Source of the DNA: Hydrurus foetidus
Lineage: Eukaryota
NCBI GenBank assembly: GCA_900617105.1
Contig: UYFQ01000611.1
Location: 1 to 64,000, forward strand
Length of the DNA stretch: 64,000 nt
Direction of reading: 5' to 3'
Part shown: piece after piece, positions 1-11,352 of the stretch
Layout of the letters: the number at the start of each line of letters is the position of its first letter
How positions within the stretch are numbered: the first letter of the stretch is position 1
Position numbers and translations under genes: made by a program
Notes under the pieces: generated by a model
Databases searched by the model: none
The model's input: only the letters and a program-made list of their open reading frames with translations
What the model was told of the DNA's origin: nothing

Positions 1-1517
1 TGTCCTTGTCATTATCGACACGTTCACACGATGGACAGAACTATTTTGGTGTGCAAATGCAGACGAAAAAACAGCGGCCGACTGCTTACTCTCTCATTTT
101 TGCCGCTTCGGCTCGCCAAATATGATACGATCGGATCGAGGATCCCATTTCGCAAACGATTTAATAAAAGATTTTTTAGATCTTTGTGGTACGCCACATA
201 ATTTACTCGAAAGAGGAGAATGCGATTGTTGAGAGAGTCAACAAAGAGGTAAATAGACACCTACGAGGTCTTGTTTTTGATAAACAGACCCTAGAGGGAT
301 ATGCTAAGTCAATCCCATTTGTGCGACGCATCATTAACAGTTCAGTTAATAGACGCACTAAAGTTGCGCCCGCACATTTATTGTTCGGAAACAAGCTTGA
401 CTTGAATCGTGGTGTTCTAACACCACACTTAAGTGTGAATACACATTCTAGATCAACATACATTGAGGACTTGATCAGCGTTCAGGACAAGGTCCTCGAT
501 TCAGCTGTTCAAGCTTTAATGTCAGCAGACGCAAAACACGCGGCATCGGCTAAGTGTGCGACAGTGTTTCCTATAGGGACATATGTTTTATGTCGTTACA
601 CGGATCGACCGCCAACTTGGTTACACACTACGTGGCATGGCCCGTACCGTGTCATCTCCTATACAGGATCCGAGTATATCCTTGCAAACCTTGTCACACA
701 CAAAGAACGAAGTGTGCATATAAAAAATTTGAAAAATTTTAATTATGATTCAGAGGTCGATGTACCTGCTGACACTGCTCGTCGTGACTACATGGAATTT
801 GTAGTGGAAAAGGCTCTTAACCACTCAGGTGACAAAAAAAACCAATGACAATGTCATTCAAAGTCAAATGGCTTAATTATGATGACAATCATAATTCATG
901 GGAGCCGTGGAAGAACCTACGGCTTTTTGAAGCACTCCACGAATACTTGAGGGACAATAAAATGAAGCATTTTATCCCCAAGAATCTTGAGGCATCAGTC
1001 TAAGAAGACTGATCACGAACGTATTATCTATTGAAGATTTTTCCTAATTTTCCCTCTATGGAGGTTTTATGGTTTTAGTCAGTAAAAATCTGACATAATT
1101 ACGTATCGAGGCCTCGGGCACATGCACTTACGTACTAGGCACCACTTTTTCTCGTCGACCGACCCACCACAATTTACATTTTGTATATATTTTATTACAC
1201 TTTTCGTTTATTTTTCGTTTAAATTTTTCTTCCCATTTCTTTCTGTACTTATTATTAGTTATTATATTATTAAACGTGGTGGTCGCGTCATAGATTAGAT
1301 TTCTTCAAAAAAGAGATAAGTGGGGGAAATGTGGTCGTACCGGGTATACCGGACCTCGTTACGATCCACCCGATCCTTCCGCCTACAGTACACATACATC
1401 CCTAGCACGACTAGCTAGCTAGCTGCAGCCTACTTCCAGAAGTTATCCTAGCTTCTAGCTTAGCCGTAACTAACTACACCTACTCGTCTTTCGATCTCTT
1501 TCTCTATCCGGACTACA
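1..1517 (+). mobile_element. Ty3/Gypsy chromovirus-type LTR retrotransposon (Gypsy-A), 3' portion: integrase core, chromodomain, PPT and 3' LTR; inserted into the Copia-A integrase
   Basis: ORF 186..848 has integrase motifs (YSKEENAIVERVNKEV, WHGPYRV). After a frameshift at the A-run near 833, a chromodomain follows (FKVKWLNYDDNHNSWEPWKNL) and stops near 1003. PPT aaagagataagtgggggaaa directly precedes TG at 1330. Confidence 0.93.
1330..1517 (+). repeat. 3' LTR of Gypsy-A (188 bp)
   Basis: Begins TGTGGTC right after the PPT and ends GACTACA (imperfect terminal inverted repeat). Copia integrase coding sequence resumes at 1518. Confidence 0.85.
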
Positions 1518-1688
1518 ATAGGCAAAATTCGCTTTGAGTTGATGGCGCTGGGAATCGAGCTGGATGTCAGCGCAGCAGGCGGCCATGTCGCCAGAATCGA
1601 GCGGCGCATTCAAATGGTGAAGGAACGGGCTCGAGCGCACATTTGCGGAAGGCTTTCATTCACTCTAACCGACCTGGGTAATACCTAT

Positions 1689-1959
1689 TGTAGCCTTCAT
1701 CGACCCTCTAGGCCATCTCTGGCTTGGCGTCGGTGTGTTCCCTTCTCTCCCTCTCTCCGCAACAACGTATAAGTAGGGGTAATGTAGCCTTCATCGACCC
1801 TCTTGGTCATCTCTGGCTTGGCGTCAGTGTGTTCCCTTCTCTCCCTCTCTCCGCAACAACGTATAAGTAGGGGTAATGTAGCCTTCATCGACCCTCTTGG
1901 TCATCTCTGGCTTGGCGTCAGTGTGTTCCCTTCTCTCCCTCTCTACGCAACAATTACCA
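1689..1959 (+). mobile_element. Tandem-array mini LTR element: three 76-bp TG...CA units separated by an 18-bp PPT-containing spacer; 4-bp TSD CTAT
   Basis: Units at 1689-1764, 1783-1858 and 1877-1952; spacer acgtataagtaggggtaa; CTAT at 1685-1688 and 1960-1963. Removing the insert restores the Copia reading frame TDLGNTY-LVLYCVSRINCQ. Confidence 0.8.
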
Positions 1960-4352
1960 CTATCTAGTTCTATACTGTGTATCTCGTATCAATTGTCAAC
2001 AGTCAGGGTCTAGGCCGGGGAGACTCTCACCGCAAGAATTGCATTCCAGACGGAGGTTTGACGGGAACTTGGACTTTCGCGCGGCGTTCGGGAATTACGC
2101 AGTATGTACAGTATCAAAGACTGATAACACAATGGCATCAGACTGTATTATTATGCTTCCCACTCACAATAGGACCAGATCGTTCAAGATACTTTCACTC
2201 TCGAGCGGGAAGATCGTCACTAGGGATCAATTCAAGATCCTCCCAATGCCACAATCAGTCGTCAACACACTGAACGCAATGGCATTAAAAGGAGGGAAGA
2301 AAATAATCGAATCAAGCGTGCATGTATTTGATGAATTGCTGTCTGCTAACAGTCTCGACAAGTCTAATATACCTTGTTTTATTACCAACCCCCCCACTCA
2401 GAATACTGTCGAGACAGCAGCGGTGGGACCGCGAGTCGATCAACCCCAACCAACAGTAGCCGATTTACCCGCAGCAGACAACGTTCTAGAGATCCCACAA
2501 TCCGAAGTGTGTGTGTGTGTGTGTGTGGGGGGGGGGGGGGGGTATCGATACCTAGCAAACGAGCATAGAATTTTGGAATCTGAGGAACTGACTGGGACAC
2601 GAACTGGAACCGAATCACCTCCACCTCCCTCTACCCTCTCTTCTGCCGATGTACTTACACCCGTACTGTCACCCGTACCGGAACTCCCGGTGACGGACGC
2701 AGCAGTACGACCAACGGAGAGGCATCTCAGCACATCAGCAGCAGAGCATGCAGAGTTAGTGCAGCGGTTGACTCCACCAGAGAAGAGAGTCATCGAGTTC
2801 TTTCGCACCGGAGAAGGTGCATTCGTCGCGACAAATTTGTCCGTCCGAACGACTGTCGCGGGAGGAACATCGGCATTACACAGCATCGATAAAGTGCTGA
2901 AAAGACATCGAATCGAAATGGGGAAGAGCGATACGAGCAACATCAGCGTGAGAGAAGCGCTGAGGAATAGGGGCGATGAAGCGAAGAGAGTCATCGTCCA
3001 AGAATTAAAACAAATGCTAGATAAGAAGGTGTGGGTGCCAGTCCTATGATCTAAGCTCACAGCGTCACAGCGATCAGCGATCATTCGCTCATCCATGTTC
3101 ATAAAGAGGAAGAACAACCCAGATGGGAGTTTCCAGAAACTGAAGTCGAGGCTAGTAGCTGGGGGAGATCAGCAGAACAAGGAGCTGTACGACGATCTCT
3201 CGTCAGCAACCGTATCAACTAGTGCAGTACTCACAATGCTGACCGTCGCAGCACACGAGAAGAGACACGTTGCAGTAATCGACATCAGCGGAGCGTTCCT
3301 AAACGCAGACATAACTTTAGGAGTGCCAGTGCACATGCACCTGGACCTCACCATGTCTGCCTTCGTGATGGAGATCGATGATAAATATCGGAAGTATGTC
3401 GACTCAGGAGGAGGACTCATTATCCATTTGAAAAAGGAACTCTATGGGTGCGTGGAGAGTTCGGGGCTATGGTACGATAGCCTGCGAGCAACCATGGTCA
3501 CTCTGGGGTATGCTAGCAATGCGTACGACAAATGCGTATTCAACCGAGTCGGATCAGACGGCCATCAGTGCACAGCTGCAGTTTATGTCGATGACTTGCT
3601 CATCAAGAGCAAGAGCAAGGAGTCCATGTTGCACCTGATTAAGGGTCTGCAAAAAAGGTATGGTATTATTACAATTGCACATGGACCTGCAATCAACTAC
3701 TTAGGCATATCCATAGATATGGATGTGCATGGACAGGCTATGATCACCATGAAGGGGTACTCGGACGAGATAGTCAAGACATCAGGGGTGCAGGGGGCGG
3801 CCAAGTCGCCTGCAACAGATGGACTGTTCGAGGCGCGAGAGGATGCAGCCTTGGTAGCCGAGCCAACCAGAGTCTGGTTCCATAAGGTAGTAGCGATGAT
3901 ACTATAGAACCAAGCTGGAGTGTCTCACAGCGGTAGCCTACCTGGCCACACGAGTGAACAAGTGCACAGTGGACGATGTTGAGAAGCTGCAGAGGCTGGT
4001 GCGCTACATCCTCCACACGCGGGACAGCGGCGTACTGATGCGGCCGGGTGTGAGCGGATTGTCGGTGAGGCTATTCGTGGACGCGTCATACGGGGTGAAC
4101 AGCGGCGGGAGGTCACACACGGGAAGCTGCATCGTCATGGGAGATGTGGGTGCAGTTCATTGCAGATCGTCCAAGCAACTGATCATCACCAAGTCGAGCA
4201 CGAAGGCCGAGCTCGTCGGACCATTCGACTCAGCCAACGAGGGGATTCACATCAGGAGGTTCCTGACAACACAGGGGTACACCATGGGACCTGTCGCCGT
4301 ATACCAAGACAACCAGTCGTGCATGGTGCTGGTGGAGCGAGGGAGGCCAGGC

Positions 4353-4553
4353 TGTTGATAACCGTGGCGCAACATATTGTATGTCGTGCACACACAAATA
4401 CAATCACTACCGTCGGCTGATCGCATCCATCAGTATTGCGTGAAACAATGCAATCATTGCTTGCCACTTCATGCTCACGATTATAAACTAATTACAACAA
4501 TCGTCGAATAGTACCATTCGTTTGACACGCTGATTTGCAGGACGCAATCAACA
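4353..4553 (+). repeat. 5' LTR of Copia-B
   Basis: Direct repeat of 9473-9673; TGTTGAT...ATCAACA terminal inverted repeat. Confidence 0.97.
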
Positions 4554-4584
4554 GTTGTAATTAAGATCTAGCCTCCATACAAAG

Positions 4585-5682
4585 ATGGAGAACTCAGCGC
4601 AAATCAATTTGCACACCAACGCGCGGCAGAATTTCCTGAGTTGGCGCAGCTCGATTATCGAGGCGTACGGCCAGTCGTGCATCGTCTACAACAGACATGG
4701 ACTTTTGGGATTTCTACTGTCAGATACAGCGTGGGCACTGTTGCCTCGAAACACGACAACAGCAGATCTAGTCGACAATCTCCCAGCGGTCATTTCTATT
4801 GCACAGAGACCGATTCTGCCAGAATTTACACCCCTCGCAGCTGCAGTAACCGCAGTACAGCAGTCAGCATGGGACAGGAACACCAAAATACTGAAGCATA
4901 TCCGGGAAAATTATGATGCATTAAAATTACGCTTGATCAACAGCGTCGCAGCTGACGATATCGCCATCTTACGTGATCCAACGACAGCATTTTTAAATGT
5001 CACTCCGCAAGCAATTTTAGAACATATTGCAACACTGCATGGCCGACTAGACAACAACGATTATGCGCAGCTAATCTCGACACTACAAACAGCTATGACA
5101 CCAACAGATACAATCTCGGGCATCGTAGCTCGCCATCGTCACATCCACGAGCAATTTCATACTTCCAATCAGGCACTTTCAGAATACCAAAAATGCTCCT
5201 ACTTTCGAAATGCTGTCAACCATCAGCAGCACATGCGGTCGGCCTATGAATCATACACAGTCAGTACACCACTCGTGGGTAATCAAACTTTTCTGACTCT
5301 GACAACGCACATACTTACCCAAGCTCCGAACTTTACAGCCACAGCAACGGAAATGGGTTATACCGCATTGGCGACGCCAACTGTGCCAGATTATTTCCAG
5401 TCGCCAGCATTCGCAGCACTACTCACACGGACTGTGCAGCACGCGATGGCACCAGCACCGGCAACGCAAAAGAAAGCGGTCAGCGGCACAAAGAAGCATA
5501 GTCATTATTGCTATCTGCACGGTCACAACAACACGCACAATGGCAGCAATTGCTTTAAAATGCTCGCCGACACAATCGCATACACAGATGCTCATTTGAC
5601 TGCAACCACACCATCTATGATAGCTCATGGATCGACAGCAACACCAGCAGAGCAGCGCCGGAACAAACGCACTCGCTCGTAG
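4585..5682 (+). CDS. gag: Gag of Copia-B with a CoDi-type C-x2-H-x5-H-x4-C knuckle
   Basis: 365-aa ORF directly after the 5' LTR; motif YCYLHGHNNTHNGSNC near the C-terminus. Confidence 0.85.
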   Translation: MENSAQINLHTNARQNFLSWRSSIIEAYGQSCIVYNRHGLLGFLLSDTAWALLPRNTTTADLVDNLPAVISIAQRPILPEFTPLAAAVTAVQQSAWDRNTKILKHIRENYDALKLRLINSVAADDIAILRDPTTAFLNVTPQAILEHIATLHGRLDNNDYAQLISTLQTAMTPTDTISGIVARHRHIHEQFHTSNQALSEYQKCSYFRNAVNHQQHMRSAYESYTVSTPLVGNQTFLTLTTHILTQAPNFTATATEMGYTALATPTVPDYFQSPAFAALLTRTVQHAMAPAPATQKKAVSGTKKHSHYCYLHGHNNTHNGSNCFKMLADTIAYTDAHLTATTPSMIAHGSTATPAEQRRNKRTRS

Positions 5683-8600
5683 GAGTCAGCAGTAAAGTTA
5701 GCATCAAATGTCATCGGCTCATGCAACGTAATTAACGAAATTGCACGATACGACACAGCTTCCTTTACTGTCCACTTAAAAGCTTGCGCCGACACGGGGT
5801 CAACACATACCTTGCTCCGACGCTCCGATAGCACTATGCTAACGGACATACACACTAATACACTTAGTGTCCAACTCCCTAACGGTGCACGCATCCACTC
5901 GCACAGCGTTGGCTCTATGCACCTGCCAAATCTGGACAAGGCACTTGATGCGTATGTCTTTGAAGACGACGAGTTATCACTCTCGCTACTATCTATATCG
6001 GACTTGTGCAATGCGGGATGTACGGTCACCTTTACCGCAGATCACATAGCCATATTCAATAACGGCTCAATGATTATACAAGACAGTAAAGACAAACGTG
6101 ATTCTCTCTGGCATGTTAAATTACCTATCATGACAGCCCAAGCAAATGCATCCACCAACACGTATACACCGGTGCCTACAAAAAGTAGCAAAGATGTGGA
6201 CTTCGTCAAATTCATTCACGCCGCGTTTGGCAGCCCATCTCTTTCAATATTTACTGATGCCATCAGAGCCAATTTTATACCGCCTCTGACTCGACTCACG
6301 TGTACAATATTGGCAACAAATCCACCTCACACTATACCGACGGTGCTTGGCCACTTGGACCAAGTACGACAAGGACAAAATTCCACCAAAAGATTCGTAT
6401 CATAATTCACCGATATTGACAGTGACTTACTCGACAGCACACAGCCAGTACCTGACAACTCTATCAACAGCTACACGTATACACATGTGTTTGCTCTAAC
6501 AGAAACTATGCACTCCGACCTAACTGGGAAATTTCCGGTCACCTCCTTTTCGGGGATGCAATACATCATTTTGTCAGTCATGGATGGAAACATACACGTC
6601 GAACCCATGCACAGTCGACGCCACCTGGAATATATTACCGCTTACAAACGCACCATTAACTTTTTCTCAAGACTCGGACGCAAACCAATCTTTCAATCAT
6701 TAGATAATGAGACATTAAACGCGCTTGAGACATTTGGACGTACGAACAACATTAGCATACAATACTGTGCACCACACCAGCACAGAGCACTCAAAGCGGA
6801 ACGAGCAATTCGAACTTTTAAAAACCACTTCATTGCAACATTATGCACGGTCGCCGAAGACTTTCCTCTCGGGCTATGGGATGAACTTCTCCCACAAGCG
6901 GAATTGTGATTAAATTACTTGCTCCCATATCCGTCCAACACAATCATCTCCGCATACGCGGGACTCCATGGTGGACCGTTTGACTTTGCGGCGCATCCAA
7001 TTGCACCAGCGGGCACAAAGATTGTCATACATGACAAACCCAATACGCGAGCATCATGGGCTCCACATGGATCACATGGATATTATCTCGGGCCCGCACA
7101 ATCGCACTATTGTTGTTATCGAGTGTGGGCAACGGCTACACGAAGTATTCGAGTCACCGATACCATCGTGTGGTTTCTTCAAGGCTTACAACATCCTAGT
7201 CCATGCGCAGCCATCGCCGATCTGATCCATGCCGTCCAGTCACTGAACGCACTTGACAGTACCGTATCATCGCATCCATGTGGACATGTCCTCCACACAC
7301 TTACAACAACACTCAGGCAATTGGCGGACATGTACAGCACCACTAACACAGATATAAATAACACCAAATCGGATGAAGTCACGCTATTGCCTGAGTCAGA
7401 ACAGAGGGTGACAATACCCGCGCTGAAATCAAGTGTGTTCATCCCTGCGCCAGAACAGAGGGTGCTCATCACACCCAGTATAACAATGCCATGCCCTCTG
7501 ACATCAAAACAAACAAATACAGACACTGATTTCCCGGCACCCATACTACCCGACAGCACAATAGCGATGTGCAGTACTCATCCACATACACTAGCGGGCA
7601 CGCAACAAGAAATCGCAGGCAACTCAAACAAGCCACAACAAAATACATCGTCACTCTTGGAAGCAATAATCACCCCCAACACGGCCATTACAGCACAACA
7701 TCGTTCCCGCCGAAATAATGTGCGACCCCCACTACCCACAGATAGAATAACACGTTTAAATGGTCAACGAAACCAAACGGCGTCCGCGTTGCACACCTCA
7801 TCGACGCTCCACCTAGGACATCCTCTCAAATACCAGTCAGCTAAAAGTGGACCTAACGCAGTACAATGGCAACAAGCTGAGGGCGAAGAGATTCAGCGCT
7901 TACTAGACACAGCTACTATTAAGGCCATTCACCCTGCAATCAACTAATTGAACGCAGAGGGGAAAGCACATACTATAACCCCCAAGTAAAGGAGAAAAGT
8001 GTTGACGGTGCCACAACCTATCGCGTGCGTGGCACCGTTCGCGGTGATCGCATCAACTATCCTGGGCCAACCACAGCACGCACAGCCGCCATGCCTTTAG
8101 TCAAATTACTGCTCCAATCTATCGTTTCAGATAACAGTCGCTTTCTCACACTAGACATAAAGGATTTTTACCTGAACACTCCTCTGGATCGTCCAGAATT
8201 TCTATGCAAATCGTCCAAATTTCTGCCGCATTACATTGTCGCTCAAAATGGTTTACAACAGTACCTACACAATGGTTCCATTCTATTCGAAGTCAACAAG
8301 GGCATGTACGGTTTGCCTCAAGCTGGATTATTAGCACAAAATCGTCTCATTGAACACCTAGCAGCACATGGGTACCACCAAACAACAACTACATGTCTTT
8401 TCCGACACGTCGATAACGGCACAGACTTTATTCTCGTTGTGGACGACTTCGGAGTTAAGTATGCTACGAAAGAAGGCGTACTACATCTAATCGACACACT
8501 TCAAAAACTGTATGTTATTACGATCGATTGGACAGGCGGCAAATATCTTGGATTCACAATCATCTTAAATTATAATGATCAATACGTCGATGTCAGCATG

Positions 8601-9460
8601 CCCGGATATATAGACAAAGTTTTACAACGATTCGCTACACAGCAGTGATGCATCACCTGCAGTATATACACCACCCACGTACGGAAGACCAGACTGACGA
8701 CCCGCAACCGACGACAGTCCGACACTATCTACGTCCGAAAAACGCACACTCCTAGAAATCGTTGGCTGTCTTTTGTATTACGCACGCGGCATCGACGTAA
8801 CCTTACTTGCAGCCGTCAATCATATCGCATCGCTTCAATCACATGCCACGCAGAACACTATGACCGCTGTGCAGCGCCTACTAGCGTACTGTGCGCGATA
8901 TCCAAACAACTCAATACGATATCATGCATGTGACATGATTCTACACATTCAGTCCGATGCATCTTACTTGTCGCGACCCGGAGCGCGTTCAGTTGCTGGG
9001 GGAGTATTTTACGTTGGTAATACCGATCAACCAACAGTGATCAACGGTGCCATTCACGCTATCAGCTCCATCATCCCGGCTGTGGTTGCATCAGTGACAG
9101 AGACTGAATATGCAATGGCCAAGAAGCAGCTTCGCTCAGAGACACCCTTACCGCGCTGGGTTCTCCTCAGCCAGCTACAGTAATACTATGTGATAATAAA
9201 TGCGCGCAAGGCATTGCTACGGACACTGTCAAACCAAAACGGACCAAAAGTGTAGATATGAAATTCCACTGGATCCGCGATCGCATACGAAAAGGCTAAT
9301 TCGTCGTACTGTGGCGTAAGGGTGCAGACAATTTTGCTGATTTTTTCACGAAACCGTTACCTGTTCATCAGCACCAACGACTGATGCCTCTCCTTGTTCA
9401 CGTGCCCCGCGCAACCGGTTTACCGTCACAGACCACGCATAGCAACAGACAACGTCACTG
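5683..9460 (+). pseudogene. pol: pol of Copia-B (PR-INT-RT-RH) with in-frame stops and frameshifts
   Basis: Fragments 5812..6405, 6487..6909 and 6919..7947 share one frame separated by stops; 8025..8648 and 8773..9183 follow frameshifts. Confidence 0.9.
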
Positions 9461-9472
9461 ATTGAGAGGGTG

Positions 9473-9673
9473 TGTTGATAACCGTGGCGCAACATATTGT
9501 ATGTCGTGCACACACAAATACAATCACTACCGTCGGCTGATCGCATCCATCAGTATTGCGTGAAACAATGCAATCATTGCTTGCCACTTCATGCTTACGA
9601 TTATAAACTAATTACAACAATCGTCGAATAGTACCATTCGTTTGACACGCTGATTTGCAGGACGCAATCAACA
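9473..9673 (+). repeat. 3' LTR of Copia-B
   Basis: Direct repeat of 4353-4553, preceded by a PPT and followed by the TSD. Confidence 0.97.
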
Positions 9674-10078
9674 CAGGCGCAGAGCGGACACGTCACATTC
9701 ACATCCGGTAATTCTTGGGCAAAGAGCGAGTGGACACTGAGTAGATGCGAGTGGAGTACCTTCTGAGCGCGGACATGTTTGCAAACATGCTGACGAAGCC
9801 GCTCCAAGGAAACCAGTTCAAGAGAGAGAGAGACGGGCTGACGGGATGGACCGACGGTAGCATTGCGAATTAGGGATGTGACCCCGAAAGGGGTACCACC
9901 ATAGCACGAGGAGATTTTAGTATAGACACTACTGCTTTGCAAATCAATTCATTCTTATTTTACTGCTGTCTACCATGCAAAACAATTTAACGCAGCTGCA
10001 TGCTATGCAATAATATTCACTGCTGTGTTAAATTAAACTGTTTGATTCATTTTTCATCTACTGTGTGCCTGTTGGGTG

Positions 10079-10358
10079 TGTTGGATTATCCGGGAAAAGA
10101 CACTGTATGTAGTAGATGTGTGTGTGTGGATCCCGACGGTCAGCGGCACGCACTCTGTGGGGTCGGGTCGAGGGCCGTCGGTTGCGTGGGCTCATACGAG
10201 CCATTAATCCGATGTTGTGACTGCTTTGGATACTGAGTGCGAGTGACTTGAGATTGTAAAAGCTTCGTTGCCGTCTTGATTGATGACGGTGCACAAGTTT
10301 AAATATCAAGTGAATACACAACACGTCTATTTCACGAGTATTGGGTCTCCGGTTCAAC
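10079..10358 (+). repeat. Possible 3' LTR of Copia-A
   Basis: Lies about 200 bp after the Copia-A RNase H stop. Starts gggtg|TGTTGG like the Copia-B PPT/LTR junction and ends ...ttcaac. No partner LTR in the window. Confidence 0.3.
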
Positions 10359-11352
10359 TTACGCGGAGTTGCTAAGTATCCGGATTCTGAGAATCCCCAA
10401 CAGACATATCATATATCATACCGTACCATAAGCCATAAGTACGTGTATACCGAATCCCAATGGTAGACACTATACCGTCCAATACGGTAGTCACGGTATA
10501 AATTTTGCCAGAGTTTCCTCCGTTTTCTGATTCTGTAGGATATTTTATGTTTCTTGGTGGCATCAACCTGTGGGGAGCCAGGAGGTGAAATATCAGTTTT
10601 ATGAAAAGGAATTTTTGCGCATTCAGCATTTAAATCCGATGTAATGAATAGACGACGAGTCCGAGTGAGTTGCCACGATCTACTGCAACTGCCCCTGAAT
10701 TTGGTGGACAGACACCCCGATGACGTCTAAAAACAGCAGCAGCACAGTAAAATTGCGGCTTCCAAAGCTTTGCCTTGTCGGAAAAAAATTATACATGATG
10801 GCGCTCCTACTTGGAGAGGATCCTCAAAATTTGAGACATATCGTTGAAACTTTTATTGTCGAAGTTGTGTTGATTGTGATCGCGGCGGAGAAACATCTGC
10901 AAAATTGAGAGTAATAGCGCGGGGTACCACTAAAGTTTGAGTGAGAAGAAATTTTGGGACCCAGTTCTGGAATCAATTCAACATTTTCGGAATAATGTGC
11001 ATAATTTCATTTCACACCACATAATTTCCTAGATAACTTTCCCAAAGTTGAACGATTATTCCAACTCTACCATGAAAATTGGACTAAATTTTCAATTTTG
11101 CTTATGTACTTAAGGCTACAATTCACGGTTGCTTTAAAACCTTTACCATATAATTTACAGCAAGGATTTTACGGGAAATAGGCATTGCACGGGCGAATAT
11201 TTGCCCTAAATTTTACGGAGGTCCCGAAGACTCTCCGTATAATGGATGGTTTTATAAAAATCTTTTAAAGCTTACCATGTAATCCTGACGCCGTGCCTTT
11301 CATAGCATTTATCACAGATATCGTCAGAGCAACCATTAGAATCAGCGCAGAA

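Larger units (their letters stand above)
4353..9673 (+). mobile_element. Full-length CoDi-like Ty1/Copia retrotransposon (Copia-B) with 201-bp LTRs and 5-bp TSD CAGGC; pol disrupted
   Basis: LTRs 4353-4553 and 9473-9673 (TG...CA, one mismatch seen); TSD caggc at 4348-4352 and 9674-9678; PPT gagagggtg. Protease ADTGSTH; integrase HSDLTGKFP and KAERAIRTFKNH; RT DIKDFYL, GMYGLPQAG, VVDDFGVKY; RNase H SDASYLS. Confidence 0.96.
1518..9873 (+). mobile_element. Decayed Ty1/Copia retrotransposon (Copia-A): integrase, RT and RNase H, interrupted by insertions at 1689-1959 and 4353-9673
   Basis: Integrase HVARIERRIQMVKER; RT KSRLVAGGD, DISGAFL, LYGCVES, VYVDDLL; RNase H FVDASY, YQDNQS, resuming after the insert as AERTRHIHIR and ANMLTKPLQG. 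INT-before-RT order is Copia-type. Several stops and frameshifts. Confidence 0.92.

Noticed and set aside
1689..1952. CRISPR-like repeat-spacer pattern
   Set aside because: The spacers are identical, the repeats are 76 bp with TG...CA ends, the context is eukaryotic and there are no cas genes.
2506..2542. (GT)n plus poly-G inside the Copia-A ORF as a frameshift or G-quadruplex signal
   Set aside because: Simple-repeat expansion in the variable INT-RT linker of a dead element; the homopolymer length is unreliable.
5680..9300. Alternative genetic code explaining the in-frame stops
   Set aside because: The stops are of all three types and come with frameshifts, while host genes read normally in the standard code.
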